Below are positions 40,371-50,884 of a stretch of DNA of 64,000 nucleotides, in pieces (position 1 is the first letter of the stretch; each line of letters starts with the position of its first letter). The stretch lies in contig CANJUD010000003.1 in assembly GCA_947477885.1 (NCBI GenBank), positions 215,774-279,773 of the forward strand. Direction: 5' to 3'. Under the pieces are notes generated by a model, which did not search any database, was not told the DNA's origin, and was given only the letters and a program-made list of their open reading frames with translations. The stretch is from Bacteroidota bacterium. GTDB lineage: Bacteria; Bacteroidota; Bacteroidia; UKL13-3. Made by a program: the position numbers and the translations under genes.

Positions 40371-42031
40371 AAAAAAACATATTTTATATAGGTATAGTTT
40401 TTTTTCTGCTAAGTAATCATATCGTTTTTGCTCAAAATTCATATCCGCAATATTATTTTCGTTCACCCATCGATTTACCCATATATCTTTCGGGAGGCTT
40501 TTGCACTTTGCGAAATGACCATTTCCATGCGGGCATAGATATTACAACCTATGATATAGAAAATATGCCAGTGATGGCTGCAGCCGATGGTTGGGTTTCA
40601 CGTATTAAAATATCTCCTTTTGGATACGGCAAAGCGTTATATATTGATCATCCCAATGGTTATACAACGGTATATGGACATTTAAATTCTTATACTGATG
40701 CTATAGGGAAATATGTAAAAGATATTCAATATGCTAATCAAAATTTCGAGATGGATATATTTCCCAAGAAAGGTGAACTTGTTGTGGTAAAAGGACAATT
40801 AGTTGCATTGAGCGGAAATACTGGAGGATCATCGGGTCCGCATATTCATTTTGAAATTAGAGATACAAAAACAGAAGAAATTATTAATCCAGTTTTGTTT
40901 GGGATTGATGTGAATGATACTATCGCTCCTGAAATAAAACAAGTGGCGATTAATAGAATATATAAAAGAGATTTCAATGCTAATAAAACGCTTGCAGTAA
41001 TCAATTATAATGATAAAAACTCTGACACCGTATTTATTCCCGAAGGCTCAGTAGGTATTGATGCAGTAGTAAATGATTATACTACTTTTAAAGTAATTCC
41101 TTTCAATCCTTATGAGATTAATTTATATATTAATAACGAGAAATATTATACTTGCAAATTTGAAAAATTTTCGTTTGATAAATCCAAGTATGTAAATGCC
41201 CATCTCAATTTTGCCAATTGGTGGAACTATGGAATTAAGTATCAAAGATTATATAAATTAAGTTCGAATCAATTATATTTTTACCAAGCCAAAAATGACG
41301 GTGTGTTTGATGTAGAGGTAAATAAAATGTATCATGTAAAAATTGAAGCAATAGATTTGGCGGGCTTTTCAAAAGAATTTGAATTTAATATATTTGGTAT
41401 TGCTGATACTGTAAAATATTCTATTATTACCATGGACTCAGTTAAAGCAAAGACCTATTGCGAACTTACTTTTTTAGAAAACAACCTAAGTATTCCCGAT
41501 GATATAGAAGCCAGTGAATTGGGGAATGGGAAGGTGAAAGTAAAATACAAACATTCTGATTTGCCAATCACATTTATTAAGCCCTGTAATTTGGCAATTA
41601 ACTATAATGGCAAAACCTTGCACAGTAAATCTTCATTGTATTATATTGATTATAACAAAAATATTATATATGCTGGGGGCTTTTTGCATAAAGATGGTAG
41701 GGTGTCAGCAAGTATTTCAAAACCTGGTATTTATTTTATTGGCGAAGATTTACAAAATCCTATTATAAAACCCCTTAATATCAATAAGAAAAGTCATATA
41801 AAAGGGAAGCATTTAAGTTTTAAAATTATCGATAAACTTAGCGGTATTGATAAATACAATTTATATATAAATAATGAATGGGTATTGGCAGAGTATGATG
41901 CCAAAAGTGATATGCTTACTTGCTTTTTTGATGCCAGTACACCAAATGGTAAAGCAACTGTAATTTTAAAAGTGGCGGATAAAGTAGGGAATGAAAATAT
42001 ATATACTAAAAAAGTATATATTAAGTATTGA
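40367..42031 (+). CDS. M23 family metallopeptidase with long C-terminal beta-rich extension
   Basis: HFHAGIDI … GHL … SGPHIHFEIRD motifs; signal peptide; 554 aa. Confidence 0.8.
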   Translation: MKKNIFYIGIVFFLLSNHIVFAQNSYPQYYFRSPIDLPIYLSGGFCTLRNDHFHAGIDITTYDIENMPVMAAADGWVSRIKISPFGYGKALYIDHPNGYTTVYGHLNSYTDAIGKYVKDIQYANQNFEMDIFPKKGELVVVKGQLVALSGNTGGSSGPHIHFEIRDTKTEEIINPVLFGIDVNDTIAPEIKQVAINRIYKRDFNANKTLAVINYNDKNSDTVFIPEGSVGIDAVVNDYTTFKVIPFNPYEINLYINNEKYYTCKFEKFSFDKSKYVNAHLNFANWWNYGIKYQRLYKLSSNQLYFYQAKNDGVFDVEVNKMYHVKIEAIDLAGFSKEFEFNIFGIADTVKYSIITMDSVKAKTYCELTFLENNLSIPDDIEASELGNGKVKVKYKHSDLPITFIKPCNLAINYNGKTLHSKSSLYYIDYNKNIIYAGGFLHKDGRVSASISKPGIYFIGEDLQNPIIKPLNINKKSHIKGKHLSFKIIDKLSGIDKYNLYINNEWVLAEYDAKSDMLTCFFDASTPNGKATVILKVADKVGNENIYTKKVYIKY

Positions 42032-42416
42032 TTTCTTCCAATAAAGTTTTAAGCCTACCAGTGTCTAAAGGTTTGTCAAACACTCCTTTTACTATGGAGT
42101 ATTTGGCTGCTTTCTCAAAATCTTTTTGGTCGGCTGTACTTGATAGTATGATAATAGAAATAGGTTTGCTCAGCACCGATCCAAAAGATTGTATATAACT
42201 ATCTAAGAAATCGAAACCGCTCATGGTTGGCATGTGTATATCTAATAAAATTACATCAGGAAGGTGTTGGTCTTCAGTTTTTATAGTAAGCAAATGAGAT
42301 AATGCGTCTTTAGCTTCCAAAAATGTAAGTACACTGGTGGATAAGCCTGCATTGTCAAGCAACCTAGAGGTTACATAAAGTTCAATCTCGCTATCGTCTA
42401 TTAATAAAAACTTCAT
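42021..42416 (-). CDS. response regulator, stand-alone receiver (CheY-like)
   Basis: LLIDDSEIE…ILLDIHMPTMSGFDFL…; 131 aa; 4-nt overlap with upstream hybrid kinase. Confidence 0.8.
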   Translation of the reverse strand: MKFLLIDDSEIELYVTSRLLDNAGLSTSVLTFLEAKDALSHLLTIKTEDQHLPDVILLDIHMPTMSGFDFLDSYIQSFGSVLSKPISIIILSSTADQKDFEKAAKYSIVKGVFDKPLDTGRLKTLLEEINT

Positions 42417-43522
42417 GCTTCAATGTTTTGTTTCGTGGGTATTTCTAAAATAAATTTTGTACCAATATTGGGTTTCGATTCTATTCTAATTTGTGCTCCT
42501 ATTTTATTTAATGCTTCTTTTACTATATATAATCCAATACCTGAACCTGAGTTCTGCCTAGTAGCCCTATAAAACATTTCAAAAATTCTTTTCTGATCCT
42601 CTTCGTCTATGCCTATCCCGTTGTCTTCAAAAATTAATGTTGCTTTTTTTGAGTCTGTGGTATCGCATGTAAAAATAATATGCTTATTGGTAATTTCACT
42701 CCTTTGAAATTTAATGGCATTAGTAATCAGGTTATTAAAAATTATTTTAATTCTAAATAAATCACCCATCCAGGGTTCGTTTTGGTTGGTATTAATTACA
42801 AAATTGATTGCTTCTGCACCAGGGTAGTATTGGAATTGCTCGAAAATATCCCTAGCGATTTCTTTAAAATCAATAGGTTCAATCACGGTTTCTTGTTTGT
42901 TGTTTTTAAAATAGGAAATCAAGTTCAAATTGAATGCGTCCAATTGGTTCACACTCCTCTCAATTAAACTAAAATAATGCTTCACCCTGTCATCAATACC
43001 TTCCATTTCAGCGACTTTAATGATGCCAATAATGGAACGAAGCGGAGCACGCATATCATGAGAAGCACTGTATACAAAGCGGTTTAATTCTTCATGTGCT
43101 TTTTCCAATTCGTCTTGTTTAAACTCAAGCAACGCATTATTCAAATAATGTTCGTGTGCTATTCTAATAGTTGACAAAACCTCGTCTTCGTTGAGTGGTT
43201 TAAATAAATAGCTAAATATTTTTGCTTTGTTGATTCCTTTAACAGCTGCTGCAAAATCGAAAAATGCAGTGAGAAGAATTTTTACAGGACGGGGATATTC
43301 TTCCCTGATATCATCTAAAAAATCAATACCATCATCTTCACCCAATTTAAGATCGGCCACCACAATCTGGTATTCTTCTTCCTTTAGCAAAGCATAAGCC
43401 TCACTAACCGATAAACATCCAATTACCTCATATTCTTTACGAAGTATAGCTCTTAAACCTGTAATGTTGTGTGGTTCATCGTCAAGGTATAAAATTTTTG
43501 GTTTGTTTTCAGGTGGCTTCAT
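42413..43522 (-). CDS. hybrid REC-HisKA-HATPase protein (receiver fused N-terminally to histidine kinase)
   Basis: REC (KILYLDDEPHN…VVADLKLGEDDGIDFL), H-box SHDMRAPL, HATPase N/G boxes (LITNAIKF…DNGIGID…GSGIGLYIV). Confidence 0.8.
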   Translation of the reverse strand: MKPPENKPKILYLDDEPHNITGLRAILRKEYEVIGCLSVSEAYALLKEEEYQIVVADLKLGEDDGIDFLDDIREEYPRPVKILLTAFFDFAAAVKGINKAKIFSYLFKPLNEDEVLSTIRIAHEHYLNNALLEFKQDELEKAHEELNRFVYSASHDMRAPLRSIIGIIKVAEMEGIDDRVKHYFSLIERSVNQLDAFNLNLISYFKNNKQETVIEPIDFKEIARDIFEQFQYYPGAEAINFVINTNQNEPWMGDLFRIKIIFNNLITNAIKFQRSEITNKHIIFTCDTTDSKKATLIFEDNGIGIDEEDQKRIFEMFYRATRQNSGSGIGLYIVKEALNKIGAQIRIESKPNIGTKFILEIPTKQNIEA

Positions 43523-45624
43523 TCTTGTTTCAAAGGTATGGAAATTTTAAATAAAGTTCCAAAATTATTATTCGACAGGACATTAATTTGTCCTTTGTGC
43601 ATTTCTATAATGCTATATACTATTGATAGTCCTAGCCCTGTGCCGTCACCAACAGGTTTTGTGGTGAAGAATGGTTCAAATACTTTACCCAAATAACCCT
43701 CATCTATACCTGGGCCATTATCACTAAATTCAATATATAGATTGTTCTCATCACTATAAGTTTTTATTTTTATTTCTTGATTTACAATACTTTCTTTAGC
43801 TTTAGTGAGTGCATAAATTGAATTATTAAGAATATTCATAAATACTTGATTCATTTTACCTACAAAACATTCCACTAAAGGCATTTCTCCATATTCTTTT
43901 ACTATGGTAATACTACCCATTTGAGTCTTCAATAACATTAAAGTAGAATCAATTCCTTCATGCACATCTGCTAGGCGCAGCGATTGTTCATCAACACGTG
44001 AAAATGATTTGAGCCCTTTTACAATTTCCGCGGTTCTTTCTGCTCCATTTTGTATAGCATCGAACAACTGCGGGATTTCTTCTTTCAAATAATTGAAATC
44101 ATATTTTTCTTTGATTTTAACTAGCTTTGCTACCATATCTGTATCTCCCAAATTTGAAAACAAGGTTTCCGACTCATGAACTATATTCATTAGTTCATGC
44201 ACATCACGTTTCAATGGTTTGATATTGGAACTCACAAAATTTATGGGATTATTGATTTCGTGTGCGATACCCGCCGTGAGCTGACCCAGCGACGACATTT
44301 TTTCGTTGTCAACCAGTTTTGTTTGGGCTAGTTTTAAGTCGCCCAAAGTTTTATTTAGTTCAGAAGTTCTTTCTTTAACCTGATGCTCCAACAGCACATT
44401 TTGTTCTGCCAAAATCTCTTCATTTAATTTGGATACTCTCACTGCTTCTGCCTGCGATATTTCTTTTTCAATTCTATATTGTCTTATTTTATCGCCCAGT
44501 GCAAATGATAGAAGTGTTACCTCTATGGCTGTACCTATTTGCAATGCATAATTGGTGAAATTATTATGCTCAAGTACACCCACATCTCTTAATATATATA
44601 CTACCAATGCTAAAATTAGGCTAGTCCAAGATATCAGAAAATAATTTGCTGAAGGAATTTTCTTTCTAACAGCAACAAGGCTGACAACAAATAAATAAAT
44701 AGGGCTTAGTCCCAATACATTCCTTGCGCAATTAAAGGCAGCTGCCCGAGAATAAAACAAAGTGATTGCCATGATAAGAACCAGCAATCCCAAAAGAACT
44801 TTACTAATCTTATGAAGTATGGGTATATTTTCTTTGACGTTCAAAAATTTATTGGCAAATATTATCCCAGTTATGTTTACAAGGGGGGTAAATAAAAGCA
44901 AAGCATATTGTGTAAGCCATAAATTATCGGGCCATAATACTACGTTGCCATAACCTTCGAGAGCAAGCTGTGTAATGATGAGCACAGCCATATATACTGA
45001 ATAATATAGGTATATTTTGTCTTTAACTGTAAAGTATATAAAAAAATTATAGAAAAGCATGATCATCAGCATTCCATAATAGATACCCAATAGCAAGTTT
45101 TTGGCAAATCGATCCTCAACAAATTTGTTGAGGCTATTAAGTTTAAGGTCAAGCTGTAAAGTGCTGATGCTGGTTATTTTTATATAATAATCTGATGTAT
45201 CATCTATTACTTCAAATACAGGAATATTACATTTAAATTGTCTTTTACTTAATGGAATTCTTTCACCGGAAAGCACGGAGTCAATAACGCCATTTTTAAC
45301 TTTATATAGTATAATATCATTTAATATAGGTTGGTCATATACCAACAAAAGCTTTTTATATTCTGAATAGTTTTTTAATTGAAACTTGAACCAAAAACTA
45401 TAATTGGTAAGTTGTAGGTTTGGAATATCAAATTGACTCGAAATTTTTTGGTCAAATGCGATCTTCATCACATCTTTTATTTGCATTGATTGGTTAGAAT
45501 CAATATAATAATCTACTTTTTTACTAATGTTTAATTCGGTTTCATTGTGTTCAAAAACTATTTGTGCAGATGCAGAGGTGCCAAAATACGTTATTGCTAA
45601 AATGATATATAATCTTAATGTCAT
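43519..45624 (-). CDS. 7TMR-DISM sensor histidine kinase
   Basis: Signal peptide, ~180-aa periplasmic 7TMR-DISM_extracell_2-like domain, 7 TM helices, H-box GIAHEINNPINFV, HATPase (NNSIYAL…DNGPGID…GTGLGLSIV); 701 aa. Confidence 0.8.
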   Translation of the reverse strand: MTLRLYIILAITYFGTSASAQIVFEHNETELNISKKVDYYIDSNQSMQIKDVMKIAFDQKISSQFDIPNLQLTNYSFWFKFQLKNYSEYKKLLLVYDQPILNDIILYKVKNGVIDSVLSGERIPLSKRQFKCNIPVFEVIDDTSDYYIKITSISTLQLDLKLNSLNKFVEDRFAKNLLLGIYYGMLMIMLFYNFFIYFTVKDKIYLYYSVYMAVLIITQLALEGYGNVVLWPDNLWLTQYALLLFTPLVNITGIIFANKFLNVKENIPILHKISKVLLGLLVLIMAITLFYSRAAAFNCARNVLGLSPIYLFVVSLVAVRKKIPSANYFLISWTSLILALVVYILRDVGVLEHNNFTNYALQIGTAIEVTLLSFALGDKIRQYRIEKEISQAEAVRVSKLNEEILAEQNVLLEHQVKERTSELNKTLGDLKLAQTKLVDNEKMSSLGQLTAGIAHEINNPINFVSSNIKPLKRDVHELMNIVHESETLFSNLGDTDMVAKLVKIKEKYDFNYLKEEIPQLFDAIQNGAERTAEIVKGLKSFSRVDEQSLRLADVHEGIDSTLMLLKTQMGSITIVKEYGEMPLVECFVGKMNQVFMNILNNSIYALTKAKESIVNQEIKIKTYSDENNLYIEFSDNGPGIDEGYLGKVFEPFFTTKPVGDGTGLGLSIVYSIIEMHKGQINVLSNNNFGTLFKISIPLKQE

Positions 45625-46319
45625 TTTCTTGGCACTACCTTAATACGGCAATTCAAAACAAGATCGCCTTTTGGGCCATTTGCATGATGGACTTGTTCTG
45701 GATTATTCCTTAATGATAATATTCCCTCACGGTACTTTGGGTCAGCATACTCCAGTTCGATAGGGTCTTTTATGATGGTTGCAGTAGCCAATAAATTTTC
45801 CTTTGGATAATAGAATGTACCATTATTGCCCAATGAACGTATGACCTCGAATCCAGCATTTCTAGCATTTTTTAATGATGGTGGTGAACACAAAGCAAAA
45901 AGTGATTTTAAGTTTAACATGGGGCAAATGGCCACAGAAACTTGACCTAAGAAAATACTTCCAATGCCATGTCCTGCAACTTCTTTCGAATTCCATAAAC
46001 CACAAAATTCTGCGGTTTCATGGTGCTTAAATTGTCTAATAACATCATATATTTTTGGGTCTTTTTCCATTACCGCAGCTTCAATAGGCAAACTTTGGCT
46101 AGGTGTAAAAATTTGTATGCGTCCCCCACCCAATGCCTTATCCTCATTCTCATCTTCAAACAATATAATGTAATTGTCTGGATTGTATCGCCAATCTTTT
46201 TGGGTGGAGGTTACTCTAGTAACACCATACACTTTAAGCACCTCGGCATACCCTGCTATAAACTTATCAGTAGACATGGCATCGTCAATAGGTCTGAAAA
46301 CTTTTACATTTGCTATCAT
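45621..46319 (-). CDS. GNAT-fold acyltransferase-like protein (232 aa), first gene of the kinase operon
   Basis: GNAT motif A-like AEFCGLWNSKEVAGHGIGSIFLG and motif B-like KNARNAGFEVI; unusual ~100-aa N- and ~80-aa C-extensions; 4-nt overlap with downstream 7TMR-DISM kinase. Confidence 0.45.
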   Translation of the reverse strand: MIANVKVFRPIDDAMSTDKFIAGYAEVLKVYGVTRVTSTQKDWRYNPDNYIILFEDENEDKALGGGRIQIFTPSQSLPIEAAVMEKDPKIYDVIRQFKHHETAEFCGLWNSKEVAGHGIGSIFLGQVSVAICPMLNLKSLFALCSPPSLKNARNAGFEVIRSLGNNGTFYYPKENLLATATIIKDPIELEYADPKYREGILSLRNNPEQVHHANGPKGDLVLNCRIKVVPRK

Positions 46320-46837
46320 TATAATATTTTAACTGATAATCTTTAACGCCTCATTGCAATCTTTTCATTAGACGTTGTTTTATTTTTTATTGGGTTTAAA
46401 TACGCTATTAATAAATTGAGTTTCGTATGATTCGGATTTTATAAGTGTCCATTTTTTCAGAATGTATTTTTCCTGTTTATAGGGTTTTTATGGGTTTGAA
46501 TCTGGTTTTCCATAAATGTTGAAGCAGCAATCGGTTGGTCAGCATAACTCTCTTTTTTGAGCCACAGCCTAGCATCTTCTGCAGTTTTGCCTGCTTCTAT
46601 TCATGCATTATTATGGTGCTTGTTACATACAATGATACCTATAAAAATTGAATAGATTACAGCTGTTAAATCATTGTTGAAAAGAAGCCAGTTTTTAAAA
46701 TTACTTCAATTGTCATTCATAAAAGCATACCTATGTTATTTGAAGTTTTCTAACGTGAAAACGCATTTATTTTAAACTTTTGGAAATTTTATTCTTGCAC
46801 ATTTTTAAAATTCTAATAAATTGCAGGCGAATTTAGG

Positions 46838-47380
46838 ATGATGGACTCAGAAATAAATACCCCCAAAATAAAGATATTATATGTTGATGATGAGCCAGGA
46901 AATCTTATTGGCTTCAAATCGCATTTTCGAAAAGACTATGATGTCCATACTTATGATTCTGCTTTAAAAGCATTAGAAGAATTGCATTTGCATGACTTTG
47001 CCATGGTGATTACAGACCAACGAATGCCTGAAATGACCGGTGTAGAGTTTCTTGAAAAACTGGTTGCAATAAATCCCGAACCTGTTAGGGTGCTGCTTAC
47101 AGGATATACTGATTTTACTGCACTAGTTGATGCTATTAATAAAGTGAATATATTTCAATACCACCAAAAACCTTGGGACGAGAACCAGATGCTTACTACC
47201 ATTAAACAAGGTACGGAGGTGTTTTTTTTAAGACGTGAACGTGTGAGGTTATTGGAAGAAGTAAAATTAAAGAACGAACAATTGGAAATAAAAAATGAGG
47301 AATTGGCCGACATGAATAATGAGTTGGAAAAGGTAAACGGGCAATTGGAGTTCCTATTGAGACAGCAATTGCTTTCTTAA
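46838..47380 (+). CDS. response regulator receiver with C-terminal coiled coil
   Basis: REC domain closely paralogous to the REC of the hybrid kinase (KILYVDDEPGNLIGF…VITDQRMPEMTGVEFL); C-terminal heptad-rich EEVKLKNEQLEIKNEELADMNNELEKVNGQLEFL. Confidence 0.75.
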   Translation: MMDSEINTPKIKILYVDDEPGNLIGFKSHFRKDYDVHTYDSALKALEELHLHDFAMVITDQRMPEMTGVEFLEKLVAINPEPVRVLLTGYTDFTALVDAINKVNIFQYHQKPWDENQMLTTIKQGTEVFFLRRERVRLLEEVKLKNEQLEIKNEELADMNNELEKVNGQLEFLLRQQLLS

Positions 47381-47401
47381 TTTATTTTAATATACATATA
47401 A

Positions 47402-47848
47402 ATGCAATTACAGGTAGGGCAAAAAGCACCCACATTTAAAACTACCAGCGAAAAAGGTGAAACTGTATCCCTTTCCGATTACAAAGGTAAAAAATTAGTA
47501 TTATACTTCTATCCTAAAGACGATACCCCAACATGCACCATTGAGGCTTGCGACTTGCGTGACAATTACGAAGGTTTTAAAAGCAAAGGCTACGAAATAC
47601 TGGGAATTAGCATGGATACTGAAAAAAAACATGCCAAGTTTATCAAAAAATTCTCACTCCCCTTTTCGCTTCTGAGCGATGTGGAACACAAAATAATTTC
47701 TGACTATGGCGTATGGGGTGAGAAAATGCTCTTTGGTCGCAAATACTTGGGGATTATCCGCACCACTTTTGTGATAAATGAAAGCGGTATCATTGAACAA
47801 ATCATTGAAAAAGTTGATGCCAAAAACCACTCGGCACAAATTATATAG
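47402..47848 (+). CDS. bcp: thioredoxin-dependent thiol peroxidase (Bcp/PrxQ)
   Basis: Peroxiredoxin motif FYPKDDTPTCTIEACDLRD; 148 aa. Confidence 0.85.
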   Translation: MQLQVGQKAPTFKTTSEKGETVSLSDYKGKKLVLYFYPKDDTPTCTIEACDLRDNYEGFKSKGYEILGISMDTEKKHAKFIKKFSLPFSLLSDVEHKIISDYGVWGEKMLFGRKYLGIIRTTFVINESGIIEQIIEKVDAKNHSAQII

Positions 47849-47940
47849 CAATATTGCTGTAAATTAGTCCCAAACTATACACCCAAGATTCATTATTATA
47901 ATAAGATAAAAATATGCTGAAACGAATATATACCTTTTAG

Positions 47941-48483
47941 CCTCAATATGAATGTCTTAAATATTTAAAAAGAAAATTCGGCAATAAAATTAAATTGGTG
48001 CCAATGGGATTAGGACCCAAAGTAGAAGAAAAAACGATGTTCATATCAGATGCTCACACTATTTCTACATTTTCTGAAGATTTTATTTCTACTACACAGA
48101 ATAGTGGCAGATTCAGACAATATAATTGGAATGTGAAACGCCAAATTAAAATGACCACCCTCGATAATTTGATTAGTAAATTTGGCTTGCCTCAATTTAT
48201 TAAAATTGATGTGGAGGGATTTGAAATAGAAGTATTGGAAGGACTAACCAAAGCAATAAATACTATATCATACGAATACGCAGTGCCTGAGCAAACCGAC
48301 AATGCAGTGCTATGTTTACAAAGAATCATGGAAATTTCTGATAATAAAGTTTCTTGCAATTACTCCATTGGCGAAAGCATGAAATGGGCTTTAACAGAGT
48401 GGCGAACCCCTGAGCAAATGATTGCTGAAATCAAATCGCAAAAGTTTACCGATAAGGGCTTTGGATATATATATAAAGTATAA
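47941..48483 (+). pseudogene. FkbM-family methyltransferase, N-terminally truncated
   Basis: C-terminal FkbM signature …FIKIDVEGFEIEVLEGL… present; frame opens right after a stop at 47938-47940; no SAM-binding N-terminal half; only a TTG start at 47995. Confidence 0.5.
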
Positions 48484-48515
48484 TAAGTAAGATATTTATA
48501 TATATTAATTTTATC

Positions 48516-48552
48516 CAATAGAATATATAAAAAAAGTCTCTCAGGAATGAGA
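48516..48552. terminator. bidirectional rho-independent terminator
   Basis: aaaaaaagtctctc-aggaat-gagagactttttttat between convergent genes. Confidence 0.7.
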
Positions 48553-48632
48553 GACTTTTTTTATATCAAAATAAAAGTGTTGTGATAATGCCTTTGGTTG
48601 GTCTTGTGACCAACCAAAATAAGAGCTGTTCC

Positions 48633-50543
48633 TTATTTTACTACCACTATTTTATTAGTAGTGGTGGTATTGCCGCATGTGGTATTACTATAATATATAC
48701 CTTCTGGTAATTGTGCAGTATTTATGATAATATAATTTTGTCCTGCAGCCAAGTTTTGTTTGCCGGTTGTATAAACCATTTTGCCTGTAGCATCATATAA
48801 GTTACATATTACATCAGCAGTTTTTATAAGTGATATAGATATAGTAGTCATTTCATGTGCAGGGTTGGGGAATACAGATGCTGTAAATGTTTTTTGTTCA
48901 ACATTGTATATAGCAGTAGGGTCAAGCACTTTGCTGTAGTCAGTATTTACGGGATCCCAATTACACCAACCTTTTGTCCAGTCGTCATTAGTGGTTTGTG
49001 TGCCAGAAAATGCACCTATATAATTTACTTTATCGAAGAAGGGGTTAGATAATTTAGGGCTGCTTGATGGCACAAAATCTGGAGCATTATAGTTTGCAAA
49101 CCAATTAGAAGTATCGGTATTAATTGCCATGCTTGCTTTAAAAGGATATACTTTTCCATTGCCAAATGGATCAGCGGATGCAAAATGCGACTTGTCGGTC
49201 ATATATGCTGGGAGGGCTTTACTATTATAGCAAATCACTGAACTGCTGGTGGGAACAAAGTTAGGATTAACCAAGTTGAATGGGCTTTGTAGCTTTAAAC
49301 CATTTTGTGCATTTGCATATATCTTATTGCGATGTTTGCTTTCTTTTAACCAAGAGAAAGGCCCGTCATAAACTCCAAAAGGAGTTCCTGTAACTGTATC
49401 AGCACTTGCAGTAGTAGGGGTTAAATTTCGTGCACCATTTATTACGTACATTATTTCTTTTTGAGCAGGACTTCCTCCTGATGGAATACCTGCAATTGCC
49501 ACACCTGATATCTCCAATAAAGAGTCTTGTATATTAGCTACAGTTGAACCAAACGAAGGCGAAGACTCATCAATCAATATACCTGCAGGGTAACCTATTA
49601 GCAAACTGTTTAATATACTCATGCTGCTTCCTCTGCGTATGTGTGCAGCAGCAACAAATTGTGGATCATAAGCTGTAGAACTTGGGCTCACAAGTGGTCC
49701 AACAGCAGTTACGTTAGCAAATATGGAACGGTTGAGACCACTGGTATCGCCGGCCAAACCGGTTTTGGTGCCAGCTAAATAGCTATCACTCTCGAAACAC
49801 TTACTGCCCGATTGGTCAGCAGCATAAGGATCGCGTAAAGACACCAAAAATTGATTTTTTCCTTTGTAACCAGCATCATTATCGAAATCGTCATCCCATC
49901 CTCTATACGAAACAAGGTATTTAGCATTTACATTTCCGCCAAACCATTCGTAACTATCATCGCCACTATATGATACTTGAATATGATGAATTGTTGTAGC
50001 TTCACCCACACCGCAAAGTGTAAGTCCGTTTACTTCGTTGTTGGGAGAGAAAGCAATACCGCCAAATTCAATACGTACATAAGTTAATATACCTGAATTG
50101 TCCTGTGCATTAGTACCGCCATATAAACTACGAGGCCCGCCTTCTACCTGTGCTTGACCTGCGGTCCAGTTGGTAGGAGCACTGCCACATATAATAAGCC
50201 CGCCCCAGTCGCCATAACTGCGATTGCCTGCTGCTTGGTTACTTGTAAAAACAATTGGGTTTTTTAGCGTGCCGGCACACATAATTTTTGCACCACGCTC
50301 AATAATCAAAGTGCCTTTGGTGTTTTTGTCACCTTTAATAATAGTTCCTGGTTCAATTGTGAGTGTTGTTCCAGAGGTAACATATACATACCCTTTAATT
50401 AAGTATTGTTTATTGTTGGTCCAAGTAACGTCTGAACTAATACTGTCCTGCTGGGTAACAACAGTAACTTGTGCATTGGTAACAATTGCTGATAATCCGA
50501 TGCACAGGAATATCGCAAGCATGATTAATTTGTGTTTTTTCAT
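48633..50543 (-). CDS. secreted hypothetical protein (636 aa) with T9SS C-terminal sorting domain
   Basis: Signal peptide MKKHKLIMLAIFLCIGLSAIVTNAQ; C-terminal Por_Secre_tail-like (FTASVFPNPAHEMTTISISL…GIYYSNT…KIVVVK). Confidence 0.7.
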   Translation of the reverse strand: MKKHKLIMLAIFLCIGLSAIVTNAQVTVVTQQDSISSDVTWTNNKQYLIKGYVYVTSGTTLTIEPGTIIKGDKNTKGTLIIERGAKIMCAGTLKNPIVFTSNQAAGNRSYGDWGGLIICGSAPTNWTAGQAQVEGGPRSLYGGTNAQDNSGILTYVRIEFGGIAFSPNNEVNGLTLCGVGEATTIHHIQVSYSGDDSYEWFGGNVNAKYLVSYRGWDDDFDNDAGYKGKNQFLVSLRDPYAADQSGSKCFESDSYLAGTKTGLAGDTSGLNRSIFANVTAVGPLVSPSSTAYDPQFVAAAHIRRGSSMSILNSLLIGYPAGILIDESSPSFGSTVANIQDSLLEISGVAIAGIPSGGSPAQKEIMYVINGARNLTPTTASADTVTGTPFGVYDGPFSWLKESKHRNKIYANAQNGLKLQSPFNLVNPNFVPTSSSVICYNSKALPAYMTDKSHFASADPFGNGKVYPFKASMAINTDTSNWFANYNAPDFVPSSSPKLSNPFFDKVNYIGAFSGTQTTNDDWTKGWCNWDPVNTDYSKVLDPTAIYNVEQKTFTASVFPNPAHEMTTISISLIKTADVICNLYDATGKMVYTTGKQNLAAGQNYIIINTAQLPEGIYYSNTTCGNTTTTNKIVVVK

Positions 50544-50884
50544 TGTTTTGATTGTTATTTAATTGGTTTTTTTAAGACTTATTATATAGATGCAAAACAA
50601 TTACCTTTGAGTTACCTCAGTGTATACATGGAGTTATGAAAGAGTTAATAGTTGATTATGGGAATGTGAATAACTGTAGTTTCAATATTAAATGTTAAGG
50701 ATTGTAATTAAAATATTGTATATTTGCGGGCTTAGTATTATATCTACTTATAATATTAAAAAAAAGGCTTTAGCTCGTATTTCACTTTAGAAAAACTATT
50801 GCTTTGCACACATAACACAAACGTAACCCACGCGTAATAGCCTATTCACATTATTGTAATAATATTGCGGCAACAAAATATACT

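Noticed and set aside
46320-46837. Possible small gene or RNA in the 520-bp region between the kinase operon and the divergent REC gene
   Set aside because: Only short stop-interrupted frames (e.g. a fragment …AEDARLWLKKESYADQPIAAST… on the minus strand); no convincing ORF or structured-RNA signature, so left as a large divergent regulatory region, possibly containing a gene remnant.
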